A stretch of DNA of 64,000 nucleotides, from positions 1,425 to 65,424 of the forward strand of contig JBMLRP010000056.1 in NCBI GenBank assembly GCA_049240965.1, read 5' to 3'. Positions 29,025 to 38,734 of the stretch are shown one piece after another (position 1 is the stretch's first letter; the number at the start of each line of letters is the position of its first letter). Made by a program: the position numbers and the translations under genes. This stretch comes from Akkermansiaceae bacterium (GTDB lineage: Bacteria; Verrucomicrobiota; Verrucomicrobiia; Verrucomicrobiales; Akkermansiaceae). The notes beneath the pieces are model-generated. The model was not told the DNA's origin, made no database searches, and saw only the letters and a list, made by a program, of their open reading frames with translations.

Positions 29025-29444
29025 TCAATCACCCAAAACCGACACCACGATTTGTCGCTGATGAGCGGACCTACGATGTTCAAAGAGATAAAGTCCCTGC
29101 CACGTGCCCAGAGACATGCGCCCCTTCATGATGGGAATGACTTCACTGGTTCGGGTGAGCGCCATGCGAATATGACTCGGCATGTCATCAGGACCTTCAT
29201 AGGTATGCGTAAACCACGGGGTGTTTTCGGGAACAAGCCGTTCGAAAAATTCCTCCAAGTCATGGCGCGCTTCAGGATCCGCATTTTCCATGATTACCAA
29301 ACTCGCACTGGTATGGCGGACCATGACCGTCACTTGTCCCTCGCAAATCCCAGTGAGGGAAATAAAATCCGCCACTTGTGAGGTAATTTCATAAGTGCCT
29401 TTGCCCCGCGTGGCGACCTCGATCAAATGGTTTTTTATCATCAT
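29025..29444 (-). CDS. yjbQ: YjbQ-family protein (secondary thiamine-phosphate synthase enzyme, UPF0047)
   Basis: 139 aa. HTSASLVIMENADP, PDDMPSHIRMAL and GTWQGLYLFEHR motifs. Confidence 0.85.
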   Translation of the reverse strand: MMIKNHLIEVATRGKGTYEITSQVADFISLTGICEGQVTVMVRHTSASLVIMENADPEARHDLEEFFERLVPENTPWFTHTYEGPDDMPSHIRMALTRTSEVIPIMKGRMSLGTWQGLYLFEHRRSAHQRQIVVSVLGD

Positions 29445-29445
29445 A

Positions 29446-30450
29446 TCAATCGTGATTTACGCTTAATACGATTTTTCCGATGCTTCTTCCGGATTCCAAC
29501 AACCTATGAGCTTCGCGCAACGAGGCAACGGAAAGCGCCCCGAGATACGTGGTCATGGTGTGTCGCAATATTCCGGCATCAAAAAGCTCAGCGGCCTGCT
29601 GCAGAATGTCCCCCTGATGTGCCATATCGGGAGTCTGGAACTTGGCGCGCGCAAACATGAACTCCCATATGATGGAAACACATTTCGCCTTGATCGGGTC
29701 GCCAATGCGCAACGCAGTCTTGGGCTCCACAATCAAAAACATTTCCCCAAAGGGAGCGATCAGTTCGATCATGGTATCCCAATAGCCATCGGTATCGACG
29801 AAATTAGCGATGGCATCCACTTGCTGAAATCCCAGGTCCCGACATTGAGCGATCATGTCGCCGCGATGGTCGATGACGGCATCTGCGCCGAGGTCGAGAC
29901 ACCACTGTCTGGTTTCCGGACGCGAGGCAGTAGCAATGACATAGGCGCCACTCTGCTTGGCCAGTTGAATCGCCACCGACCCCACGCCCCCGGCCGCACC
30001 GATGATGAGCAAGGTTTTGCCTTCAGCCAAATGCATGCGCTCAAAACCCTCCCAGGCCGTAAGAGTGGTCAGGGGCATCGCTGCAGCTTCTTCAAAACTC
30101 AAAGTCTGCGGCTTGCGGGCGATGAGGCGGTAATCGACACACTGGAATTCCGCATTGCATCCCGGACGTGTGATATCGCCCGCATAATAAACGGCATCAC
30201 CTTTTTGGAAACCTGTCACGGCGGAACCGATGTCCATGACTTCACCACTGGCATCCCAGCCAAGAATGCGCGGCGTATCGAGAATACCACAGGTCATTTT
30301 CCGAACTTTGGTATCAACAGGATTGACACCTACCGCCTTGACCCGGATCAGCACATCCGTAGAACGCATTTCCGGGGTGGGCGTAGAGAACGAGACAAAG
30401 CAATCGAGGCGCTCCACAGGGACTGAATCGACAATACCAAATGCATTCAT
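29446..30450 (-). CDS. zinc-type alcohol dehydrogenase / quinone oxidoreductase family protein (MDR)
   Basis: GWDASGEV and Rossmann GAAGGVGSVAIQLAK; 334 aa. Its stop is 1 nt from the yjbQ start. Confidence 0.85.
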   Translation of the reverse strand: MNAFGIVDSVPVERLDCFVSFSTPTPEMRSTDVLIRVKAVGVNPVDTKVRKMTCGILDTPRILGWDASGEVMDIGSAVTGFQKGDAVYYAGDITRPGCNAEFQCVDYRLIARKPQTLSFEEAAAMPLTTLTAWEGFERMHLAEGKTLLIIGAAGGVGSVAIQLAKQSGAYVIATASRPETRQWCLDLGADAVIDHRGDMIAQCRDLGFQQVDAIANFVDTDGYWDTMIELIAPFGEMFLIVEPKTALRIGDPIKAKCVSIIWEFMFARAKFQTPDMAHQGDILQQAAELFDAGILRHTMTTYLGALSVASLREAHRLLESGRSIGKIVLSVNHD

Positions 30451-30532
30451 GAGCGCGAATCATTCACATGCATCGTCACGGGGCAATCGTTATTTTTATC
30501 ATCCCATCATCACTTCGCCCGCGGCAAGATCC

Positions 30533-31621
30533 ATGATTGCCACGATGAGCGAATCTGTTATGATCCGAGCAGTGATACGCACGATCATCAGCAAATTATG
30601 GCTCCCAGGCATTCTGGGCCTGGTCTGCTTTTGTTTGCAATCGGGACTTAGCTCCTGTCAGCCCAAGCCCCGTTACACGATGGTTTCGCATCGATACGAG
30701 AAACCACGACTCAGAGAAAAAACATATACCACCCGCGATGCGCAGACGTTTTCCTATCGCAAATTCCTGTCCCAAGACCCCGATCACATCGAGCCCAAGA
30801 CTGTTGTCATCGCTCTTCACGGTTTTTGCGGTGCCTCCATCGATTACGAAAATCTCGGCAATTGGCTGCTAAGGGAAAAACCCGATGTGGCACTCTATGC
30901 CTATGAAATTCGCGGGCAGGGCATGGATCCAGTTGTCGAACGCCGCGGTGATATTGACGCGCCGGAAAACTGGTTCCAAGATCTCCTGACTTTCACATCG
31001 CTCGTAAAGCGGCAACATCCACGCGCCACAATCGTCTGGCAGGGTGAAAGCATGGGGGCCTTGATTCTGGCCAATGCTTATCGCCGTGAAATCGAAGAGG
31101 GCAGACGTCCCTCTTGCGATGCCATCGTCATCACCTCTCCCGTGGTTGGTATCCGCGGTGATTTCCCCTTGTGGAAAAAAGAAACCGTGAGGCTCATCGC
31201 CCGCGTATTCCCGGCAGCAAGATTGTCGCTCGACACCCTTTCTGGCGGTCAACCAGTGCAGATGACCGCCACTTCCACACACAGCGAGCAGTCGGAAATC
31301 AACGCCTGGCATATCGAACGTCACACCCTGCGCCTGCTTCTCAGCCTGAGTGACATGATCGACCAAATGAAAGCGAGTGCATCCACTTTCCGGGTGCCGA
31401 CCTTGATCGTGCATGGTGGAAAAGATTTCTTCTCGGACAAGAACGATGTCTTATCCTTCTACCAGCAAGTATCCCGCGCACCGGAAAAAAAGCGGCTTTA
31501 TTACCCCGATGCGCACCATCTTCTGATGTATGACAATCAGAAAGAACTTGTGATCCAAGATATCGGCAAGTGGTTGGCTGAGCTGCCGCCTGTGCGCAAA
31601 ACCGCCAAGGTTCAGAGATAA
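30533..31621 (+). CDS. alpha/beta hydrolase (lysophospholipase-like), probable lipoprotein
   Basis: Start chosen at 30533 (MIATMSES...GLVCFCLQSGLSSC signal/lipobox); 30545 and 30560 are alternatives. HGFCGAS oxyanion region and nucleophile elbow GESMGA. The upstream part of the ORF-track frame overlaps the divergent ADH gene. Confidence 0.72.
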   Translation: MIATMSESVMIRAVIRTIISKLWLPGILGLVCFCLQSGLSSCQPKPRYTMVSHRYEKPRLREKTYTTRDAQTFSYRKFLSQDPDHIEPKTVVIALHGFCGASIDYENLGNWLLREKPDVALYAYEIRGQGMDPVVERRGDIDAPENWFQDLLTFTSLVKRQHPRATIVWQGESMGALILANAYRREIEEGRRPSCDAIVITSPVVGIRGDFPLWKKETVRLIARVFPAARLSLDTLSGGQPVQMTATSTHSEQSEINAWHIERHTLRLLLSLSDMIDQMKASASTFRVPTLIVHGGKDFFSDKNDVLSFYQQVSRAPEKKRLYYPDAHHLLMYDNQKELVIQDIGKWLAELPPVRKTAKVQR

Positions 31622-32700
31622 GCCGTCAGCGCATCCACTTGCGCCTGATCCAATCGGCGAACGAGCGCCGTGGTCAGTGCCACCATCGCCAGATAATCAT
31701 TCAGATCGATGATCGAATTATGGGAGTGAATGTAGCGCGCGGGCACACCCAATACAATGCTGGGAACGCCGGAGCCTGATAGATGGAAAGATCCGGCATC
31801 CGTTCCGCCGCTGCGTCTGACCGTCACCTGATGAGGAATCCCCTCCTCCCGCGCCACTTGCATGGCGAGAGCTGCGAGGCGCGGATTGGTGATGGCGGTG
31901 GGGTCGAAAAGACGGATTTGCACCCCTCCGCCGAGACGGCCTTGGGATTCCGATCGAGCAAAGCCGGGAGTATCATCGGCGGGCGGGCCTTCCAGCACGA
32001 TGGCCACGTCGGGCCTCATCGCATAGGCTGCTGTTTTGGCGCCACGCAAGCCCACCTCCTCCATGACCGTGCCAGCTAGAATCAATCGGTTCGGATGAGT
32101 GGAGCCACTGAGAATCTGCCCACTCTGAATCGTGGCTGCCATGCCGACGCGATTATCAAAAGCCTTTGCCATGAAATAATCTTCGCGTGCCATGGGCGTG
32201 AAAGCGCTCACGGGAGCGATCGGATCGCCGAGATGAATGCCCATTTCCCGCTCTGCCTCCTCGCGTGACGAAGCGCCCACATCGATGAACATTTGATCCA
32301 GCGGAATAATTTGAGAACGCTGGGAAGCAGGGAGAAAATGCGGAGGCCGCGATGCCACCACGCCGAGAATTTTCTCTCCGCGCCGGGTCCTCACCTCCAC
32401 CCGCTGGGAAAGCAGCGAATGCTCCCACCAACCACCCACAGCAACAAACTGCAAAAAACCATCATGCGTAATGTTTTGCACCAAAAATCCCACTTCATCC
32501 ATGTGCCCCGCCACCATCACGCGAGGTCCGGAACCGAGCTCACAAAAAACCGATCCACAGCCATCACTGCTCAATTCGCCGTGCTCCTCAAGTTCGTCCA
32601 CAAAAATCGCCCGCACTTCATCTTCGTGACCGGGCACCGCATGAGCCTCGGTCAACTCCTGCAACAGAGATATCGCTTTGGTTTGCACAAAGAGAATCAT
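31612..32700 (-). CDS. M42 family metallopeptidase (FrvX/glutamyl aminopeptidase-like)
   Basis: VAGHMDEVGF, AKAFDNRVG and EEVGLRGA motifs; 362 aa. Confidence 0.85.
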   Translation of the reverse strand: MILFVQTKAISLLQELTEAHAVPGHEDEVRAIFVDELEEHGELSSDGCGSVFCELGSGPRVMVAGHMDEVGFLVQNITHDGFLQFVAVGGWWEHSLLSQRVEVRTRRGEKILGVVASRPPHFLPASQRSQIIPLDQMFIDVGASSREEAEREMGIHLGDPIAPVSAFTPMAREDYFMAKAFDNRVGMAATIQSGQILSGSTHPNRLILAGTVMEEVGLRGAKTAAYAMRPDVAIVLEGPPADDTPGFARSESQGRLGGGVQIRLFDPTAITNPRLAALAMQVAREEGIPHQVTVRRSGGTDAGSFHLSGSGVPSIVLGVPARYIHSHNSIIDLNDYLAMVALTTALVRRLDQAQVDALTAYL

Positions 32701-32752
32701 ATCGACCAGAACAGGTCGAGCGAGTCAATTTTCCGAAAAATGAAAAAAACGT

Positions 32753-33577
32753 TCAATCGATCACAATCGACCCCGGATCCCAGGTGGGCTGCGGATATTG
32801 CATGCCCAGAGCTTTCAAGCGATCCACCACCAACTGCGCCACAACCAGATTGCGATACCACTTGCGATTGGACGGTATCACATACCAGGGGGCGTGACTG
32901 GTGGACGTCTTTGATAGCAACTCATCGTATGCCGCCATGAACTCATGCCATTGACCACGATCCTGCAAGTCATCGGGGTTGAGCTTCCAATGCTTCTCTG
33001 GCTGACGCAACCGTGATTCAAGGCGTGCTTTCTGCTCCTCGGGTGAAATGTGAAGAAAGAACTTGAGGATGGTCGTGCCCTCATCGACAAGCATTTTTTC
33101 AAAATCCACGATATGCCGATAGCGTTTTTTCCATACTTCATCCGGGCGCAGTTTTTTGACCCGCACGGCGATGATATCTTCATAATGACTGCGATTGAAC
33201 ACAACGATTTCTCCATTTCCCGGAACATGAGGGTGGACGCGCCAAAGGAAATCATGTGCCAAATCCTCTTCGGAAGGTTTTTTGAACGCCTTGACCGTGA
33301 TACCCTGGGGATCCACTCGCGAAAACACGTGCTTTACGCAACCATCTTTACCGCCCGTGTCCATCGCTTGCAGAATGATCAGAATGCGGTGCTTACCCTG
33401 GGCGTAGAGCACCTTTTGCAGGGCTTGGATTTCATCACGCAACTTGTCAAATTTGCGCTCCCCGCCATGCCGAAAATCCGGCGGAGCCCAGGATCTTTCA
33501 TCCGCATCCATCTGACTCAAACTAACCTTGGCTCCGCGGTGGATGATGTAACGTGCGGAAAACTCTTGCAAATTCAT
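32753..33577 (-). CDS. PPK2-family polyphosphate:nucleotide phosphotransferase
   Basis: Start at 33577 (MNLQEFSARY). Walker-A-like ILQAMDTGGKDG, FNRSHYED and WYRNLVVAQ motifs. Confidence 0.85.
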   Translation of the reverse strand: MNLQEFSARYIIHRGAKVSLSQMDADERSWAPPDFRHGGERKFDKLRDEIQALQKVLYAQGKHRILIILQAMDTGGKDGCVKHVFSRVDPQGITVKAFKKPSEEDLAHDFLWRVHPHVPGNGEIVVFNRSHYEDIIAVRVKKLRPDEVWKKRYRHIVDFEKMLVDEGTTILKFFLHISPEEQKARLESRLRQPEKHWKLNPDDLQDRGQWHEFMAAYDELLSKTSTSHAPWYVIPSNRKWYRNLVVAQLVVDRLKALGMQYPQPTWDPGSIVID

Positions 33578-33719
33578 GGAATGATTGTGAACCCAAAGCA
33601 GGCGAATTGGCAAGCATTCCGCAGAAAATGTCAGCGAGTATTTTGTCACATGATCCATCGTGAACAAATCTCCCAAGCCTCCGCCCCGTAAATTGAATCC
33701 ATCTCGCCCTGCTTTTCGA

Positions 33720-33749
33720 TTGACAAAGCGCAGAAGACTCCCGTACCGT
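33720..33749 (+). promoter_or_regulatory. possible sigma-70-type promoter for tig (TTGACA-N18-TACCGT)
   Basis: TTGACA at 33720-33725 and TACCGT at 33744-33749, about 35 nt upstream of the tig ATG. The -10 element is weak. Confidence 0.25.
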
Positions 33750-33784
33750 CCGCGCCCCAGCGCCATCAGCGGCGCGCTTCACTC

Positions 33785-35116
33785 ATGAATATCTCGATCG
33801 AACGCCAAGAAAAATGCCTCGCCACCCTGCGCGTGGAAATTCCCTCCGCCACCGTCGCAGCGGAAAAAAGCAAGATTCTCTCCCAGTATGCCAAGGATGC
33901 CAAGATCCCCGGATTTCGTCCCGGCAAAGCGCCTCTGGCAGTGATCGAAAAGCGCTACCAGAAGGACATCAAGGAGGACATCGAATACCGTCTGGTCAAT
34001 CAATCTCTGCAGGAGTCGTTGAAGAAAGAGCAGATCAAGGTTCTCGATTTCGGCAATCCTGACAAAGCCACTTTCACTGCCGAGGGCAGCTTTACTTTCG
34101 AAACCGTGCTGACGCTGGCTCCTGATTTCACACTGCCTGAATACAAGGGCATTGCCGTGACCGTGCCGAGTCTGGAAGTGAGCGAAGATGAAATCAATAA
34201 CCAACTCGATGGCCTGCGCCAGAGATTCGCTGATTTCACCAACGTCGAGGATCGTGCGGTGGCTCTCGGGGATTTTGCCATCATCGATTACACATCCACT
34301 CTCGACGGAAAATCGCTGGAAGAAGCTCTGGGGCGTCCTGCGGGATACCTGGCAGGTCGCGAGGGTTTCTGGGTCAAAATGCAGGATGATGCGTTTTTGC
34401 CAGGCTTCGCTTCACAGCTCGTGGGTCTACAAGCCGGGGAAAGCAAGGACGTGAACATTGTCATCCCCAACGACTTCCCGATCGAAGAATTGCGTGAAAA
34501 ATCCCTCGTGTTTCATGTAACATTGAAGGAAATCAAACAACAGGAGCTGCCCGATCTGAACGATGAATTTGCAAGCAAACTCATGGGTCCGGACAAAACG
34601 GTGAACGACCTGCGCGAAACGATTTCCGAGGGCATGAAAGCCAACAAGAAAAAAGAAATCGACGACATGAAAATCAACCAACTGATCGCCCATTTTGATC
34701 AATTGGTCGAATTCGACATTCCGGAATCCCTCTTGCAAGCGGAAACGCAGAACCAGGCTGATGCACTGGTGCAAAGCGCCGCCCAATCCGGCATGAACGA
34801 CGAAGAGATCACCTCGCAAAGAGAAGCCCTGCTTGACACGGCATCAGCACAGGCCAAAACCAACATCAAGACCAACTTCATCCTGCAGGAAATCGCAGAC
34901 AAGGAAAACATCATCGTGAATGATCAGGAATTGGTCCAGCACTTGTTTGCGATTGCACAACGCCGCAATGAAGACCCCACCAAGTTCATCAAGGCCTTGC
35001 AACGCGGCGGCCAGATCCCCGGTATCCGCAATTCCCTGCTGATCAACAAAGCACTTGATTTCCTGCTGGAACACGCTTCTGTTGCAGAAACAACAGCAAC
35101 AACATCTGAAGCATGA
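33785..35116 (+). CDS. tig: trigger factor
   Basis: 443 aa. The N-terminal ribosome-binding region contains GFRPGKAP, followed by a PPIase-like middle domain. Confidence 0.93.
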   Translation: MNISIERQEKCLATLRVEIPSATVAAEKSKILSQYAKDAKIPGFRPGKAPLAVIEKRYQKDIKEDIEYRLVNQSLQESLKKEQIKVLDFGNPDKATFTAEGSFTFETVLTLAPDFTLPEYKGIAVTVPSLEVSEDEINNQLDGLRQRFADFTNVEDRAVALGDFAIIDYTSTLDGKSLEEALGRPAGYLAGREGFWVKMQDDAFLPGFASQLVGLQAGESKDVNIVIPNDFPIEELREKSLVFHVTLKEIKQQELPDLNDEFASKLMGPDKTVNDLRETISEGMKANKKKEIDDMKINQLIAHFDQLVEFDIPESLLQAETQNQADALVQSAAQSGMNDEEITSQREALLDTASAQAKTNIKTNFILQEIADKENIIVNDQELVQHLFAIAQRRNEDPTKFIKALQRGGQIPGIRNSLLINKALDFLLEHASVAETTATTSEA

Positions 35117-35751
35117 ACACGTTTCCCACCGCCATCGCTCCCAAAAACAGCTACTACGTTCCCGTCGTCATCGAACAGGATGGACGTGGTGAGCGTTCGT
35201 TCGACATCTACTCGCGTCTGCTGAAGGATCGCATCATTTTCATCGGCACGGGCATCGATGATTTTGTTGCGAACTCCGTGATCGCGCAATTGCTGTTTTT
35301 GCAAATGCAGGATCCCAAAAAAGACATCCACATTTACATCAACTCCCCGGGTGGATCCGTGACAGCGGGCTTGGCTATCTACGACACAATGCAATTCATG
35401 ACTTGTGACGTGAATACCTATTGCATCGGCATCTGCGCCTCCATGGGTTCTGTGCTTCTGACCGCAGGCACCAAAGGAAAGCGCTTCTGCCTGCCCAATT
35501 CCCATGTGATGATTCACCAAGTGTCTGGCGGAGCCCAGGGCACGGCATCAGACGTCGAACGCACCATCGGTTTTATGTTCAACCTGAAGAAGCGTCTGAA
35601 CGGCGTGTTGGCCCATCACACAGGAAAAACCGTCGAGCAAATTGAGCACGACTCCGATCGTGACAATTATATGTCCGCCGAGGAGTCCGTTGCCTACGGC
35701 CTGGTCGACAAAGTGCTGACCCGCCGCGAAATGCCGGACGCCAAGGCCTGA
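35113..35751 (+). CDS. clpP: ATP-dependent Clp protease proteolytic subunit
   Basis: [16 protein letters not shown], catalytic Ser in GICASMGS and His in [12 protein letters not shown] overlap with the tig stop. Confidence 0.95.
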   Translation: MNTFPTAIAPKNSYYVPVVIEQDGRGERSFDIYSRLLKDRIIFIGTGIDDFVANSVIAQLLFLQMQDPKKDIHIYINSPGGSVTAGLAIYDTMQFMTCDVNTYCIGICASMGSVLLTAGTKGKRFCLPNSHVMIHQVSGGAQGTASDVERTIGFMFNLKKRLNGVLAHHTGKTVEQIEHDSDRDNYMSAEESVAYGLVDKVLTRREMPDAKA

Positions 35752-35771
35752 TCCTCCCCATTTTCCTTTGC

Positions 35772-35807
35772 AACGCCACAACGATGTCTCGTTGTGGCGT
35801 TTTTTTC
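35772..35807 (+). terminator. rho-independent terminator after clpP
   Basis: A 12-bp stem AACGCCACAACG (35772-35783) / CGTTGTGGCGTT (35790-35801), a 6-nt loop, then a T-run. Confidence 0.75.
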
Positions 35808-35840
35808 TCGAAAAAAGTCGGATTTTTTCACATTGTTGGA

Positions 35841-35868
35841 TTGACAATATTCCAAATTCCTCTAACCT
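35841..35868 (+). promoter_or_regulatory. possible promoter for rpmH operon (TTGACA-N16-TAACCT)
   Basis: TTGACA at 35841-35846 and TAACCT at 35863-35868, about 60 nt upstream of the rpmH ATG. Confidence 0.3.
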
Positions 35869-35929
35869 CCGCGCCCCGACTGCTTCGCAGACTCCATTTT
35901 TTCTTACAATCACGTAACTACTACCTGTC

Positions 35930-36115
35930 ATGAGCCCAACCTATCGTCCCTCCAAGCGCACTCGCAAGCAACAGCATGGTTTCCGTGCTCGCATGGCCAC
36001 CAAAGGAGGTCGCGCGATTCTCAGCCGCCGCCGCCAAAAAGGCCGCAAGCGCCTGATCGGCAAAGGTGCTGAAGTCGCCTTCAAGCGCCACACGCAACAA
36101 CACACCTCCCATTGA
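35930..36115 (+). CDS. rpmH: 50S ribosomal protein L34 (with C-terminal extension)
   Basis: [39 protein letters not shown] is the canonical L34 core. The ORF continues 19 aa further ([19 protein letters not shown]). Confidence 0.9.
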   Translation: MSPTYRPSKRTRKQQHGFRARMATKGGRAILSRRRQKGRKRLIGKGAEVAFKRHTQQHTSH

Positions 36116-36504
36116 TGGGAGTCCCTTTCCCGCTGATGCGCCTTCCTCGGAAGCACACCATGAAAAAGCGGGCCGACTTCCAGAAGGTCCGCGAGACCGG
36201 CCGCTCCAAAGCTGGCCGGTTTCTCGTTTTAAGCACCTTGGAAGATCCGGAACTTCCCCATTTCATGGTCGCCTTCATCACGACCAAAAAAGTCGGTAAA
36301 GCCCACGACCGCAATCTTCTGCGTCGCCGTTTTCGCAGCATCATTCAGAACCATGCGCACCGCATCACCCCTTCCCTACGCTACGTTGTGATGATCGCCC
36401 GCTACAACACCTTGACGGCGACGTATGCGGAATTGGAACAAGATTGGTTGAAACTCGCCGCCAAACTCGGCATGTTGCCCCCGTCATCGTCACCGACATC
36501 ATGA
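36115..36504 (+). CDS. rnpA: ribonuclease P protein component
   Basis: LPRKHTMKKRADFQKVRETGRSKAGRFLVLS matches the RnpA N-terminal pattern. ATG at 36115 overlaps the rpmH TGA (TGATG). 36136 and 36160 are alternative starts. Confidence 0.8.
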   Translation: MGVPFPLMRLPRKHTMKKRADFQKVRETGRSKAGRFLVLSTLEDPELPHFMVAFITTKKVGKAHDRNLLRRRFRSIIQNHAHRITPSLRYVVMIARYNTLTATYAELEQDWLKLAAKLGMLPPSSSPTS

Positions 36505-36507
36505 TTC

Positions 36508-36777
36508 ATGATCTCCAGGTTTGTCACGCATCTGATCCGCATCCTGATTCGCTTCTATCAGCGATTCATCAGTCCCATGCTCAAAGTGGCATTCGGTCAA
36601 CACTCGGGATGCCGCTATCAACCAACCTGTTCGCATTATTTCTTGCAAGCCGTGGAAATTCATGGTCCTCTCCGCGGCACTTGGCTCGGCGTCAAACGCA
36701 TTTTCCGCTGTCATCCCTGGGGCGGCTTCGGCGAGGATCCCGTGCCTCCGCTACCGCCACACCACCACTCTCACTAA
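36508..36777 (+). CDS. yidD: membrane protein insertion efficiency factor YidD
   Basis: FYQRFISP...[19 protein letters not shown]...RIFRCHPWG. Confidence 0.9.
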   Translation: MISRFVTHLIRILIRFYQRFISPMLKVAFGQHSGCRYQPTCSHYFLQAVEIHGPLRGTWLGVKRIFRCHPWGGFGEDPVPPLPPHHHSH

Positions 36778-36795
36778 CCAATCGCTCTTATCCCT

Positions 36796-38673
36796 ATGTA
36801 CGATAAAAAAACCTGGGTTGTCGTCACACTTTGCAGTGTCGCACTCGCCTATCTCTTTTTCGATTCCCAGAAACAGACTCGACTCGCCTTTGAGGAAAAA
36901 CAACGCCAAGAGGAATTTCTTCGCAAGGCGGAAGAGGAAAAGAAGTCCGCCACCGCTGCCAATCCTGAACCAACAATCGAAACAACACCCGCTGCAGAAC
37001 TGAATGCCACGCCGGAAGAAAAAACCGTCACTCTCGAGACACCGGAAGTTGCTTTCGTTCTCACCAACATCGGCGCTGGTGTGAAGTATGCAGCTCTGAA
37101 AAATGAATACGAAATCGGTGACAAAAAAATCCCCATTCACGTCAACGACGAAAAACGCAATCCTGTCGGCGCTTTAACGCGGGGAGTCAATTCCACCGAT
37201 TCCCTCGTCTATTCTTACATGCCGGACCAATCCACACCGAACAAGTCCGCTGTTTTCATTGCCAAGACAACAGATGGTTTGCTGGTGAAAAAAACCTATC
37301 GAATTCTGGATGATTTGAGCAAACCCGGTGCCGCCTATTTGCTCGACTTCGATGTCTTGATCGAAAACGCCAACGCGAGTCCCGTAACGCTGAACCAGTG
37401 GACCATCGCTCTCGGATCCACCGGCCCCATCCATGCCAAGGAGTGGCCGAACCAGACCACCTATTTCTTCCATGATGACGGCAGCTACGAATACATCGAA
37501 GCCACGGAATTCAAGGGTGGCTTTTTCAGTAAGGACAAGGCATCCGATGAGCGTGCCTTGAAGAGCGTGGAACTTGCTGGCGTCTGCGATCAGTTTTTCA
37601 CCATCGCTCTGCAGACCAAACAAGCCTACCCCAGCAGCTTGGTTTCATCTCCCTACGACATCCATTTCCCTGACGTAGAAAAACCATTGCAGGGTGTGAG
37701 TGCCCACTTACGCCTGCCATCCGAAGCACTGGCCAAAGGCGAGCAGAAAAAAATCAGCTACCAGATCTACATGGGGCCGAAGGATAACAACATGCTGCGC
37801 AAGATGGGCGAGAAGTGGGGCAACATCATGAACTATGGTTGGTTCTCACCCATCAGCCGGTTGCTGAATTGGGTCCTGCACATCATCCATGATGGCATCG
37901 CCAAAATTTCCCATACCTGGTCCTGGGGTATTTCCATCGTTCTGTTGACACTTGTGGTGCGCATCTCGATCTGGCCTTTGTATAACAAATCGAATCGCTC
38001 GATGAAGCGCATGTCCAAGCTGAAACCGGAGATGGACAAGATCAAGGAAAAGTATCCCAACGATCCGAATCGCGTGAACCAAGAGGTGATGAAGCTTTAC
38101 AAAAAATACGGAGTCAATCCCATCGGCGGTTGTCTTCCTATGCTACTGCAAATCCCCATTTTCTTCGGTTTCTATCGTATGCTGCAATATGCCGTGGAAT
38201 TGCGCCACGAGCCATTTCTATGGTGGGTCAGTGACTTATCACAACCCGATACCGTCGGTCATTTCCTCGGATTCCCGGTCAATCTGCTGCCGATTGTCAT
38301 GACTCTCACCAGCTTCGCGCAAATGGCGATGATGCCCAAAACCGGTGACAAGATGCAACAGCGTTTGATGATGTTCATGCCCTTCATGTTCCTCATCTTC
38401 TGCTATTCCTTCGCTTCGGCTCTTGCACTCTACTGGACAACCCAGAACATCTTCACGATTTTCCAAACCTGGATCACATCCAAACTACCCGAGCCACAAC
38501 TCAAAGAAAAAGAGGAGGATCCTAACAAACCGAAGAAAAAGTCTTTCATGGAGCGCATGATCGAAAAGCAGGAGGAGATGCAGCGTGCGCAGGCAGCCCG
38601 CGGCCAAGGCGATGCTTCGAAACTGCGTGACGTCACGCCCGGTAAAAAACGTCCCCCAAAAACCGGAGGGTGA
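36796..38673 (+). CDS. yidC: membrane protein insertase YidC
   Basis: 625 aa. N-terminal TM helix, large periplasmic domain, conserved C-terminal core (PIGGCLPMLLQIPIFFGFYRML) and a basic tail. Confidence 0.95.
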   Translation: MYDKKTWVVVTLCSVALAYLFFDSQKQTRLAFEEKQRQEEFLRKAEEEKKSATAANPEPTIETTPAAELNATPEEKTVTLETPEVAFVLTNIGAGVKYAALKNEYEIGDKKIPIHVNDEKRNPVGALTRGVNSTDSLVYSYMPDQSTPNKSAVFIAKTTDGLLVKKTYRILDDLSKPGAAYLLDFDVLIENANASPVTLNQWTIALGSTGPIHAKEWPNQTTYFFHDDGSYEYIEATEFKGGFFSKDKASDERALKSVELAGVCDQFFTIALQTKQAYPSSLVSSPYDIHFPDVEKPLQGVSAHLRLPSEALAKGEQKKISYQIYMGPKDNNMLRKMGEKWGNIMNYGWFSPISRLLNWVLHIIHDGIAKISHTWSWGISIVLLTLVVRISIWPLYNKSNRSMKRMSKLKPEMDKIKEKYPNDPNRVNQEVMKLYKKYGVNPIGGCLPMLLQIPIFFGFYRMLQYAVELRHEPFLWWVSDLSQPDTVGHFLGFPVNLLPIVMTLTSFAQMAMMPKTGDKMQQRLMMFMPFMFLIFCYSFASALALYWTTQNIFTIFQTWITSKLPEPQLKEKEEDPNKPKKKSFMERMIEKQEEMQRAQAARGQGDASKLRDVTPGKKRPPKTGG

Positions 38674-38686
38674 TGCTGCCATCACC

Positions 38687-38715
38687 GCACGCGAATCGAT
38701 GTAAGTTTCGCGTGC
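38687..38715 (+). terminator. hairpin downstream of yidC (possible terminator, no T-run)
   Basis: GCACGCGAA (38687-38695) pairs with TTCGCGTGC (38707-38715), with an 11-nt loop. Confidence 0.3.
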
Positions 38716-38734
38716 TGAAATGCGTTACTAGGGG

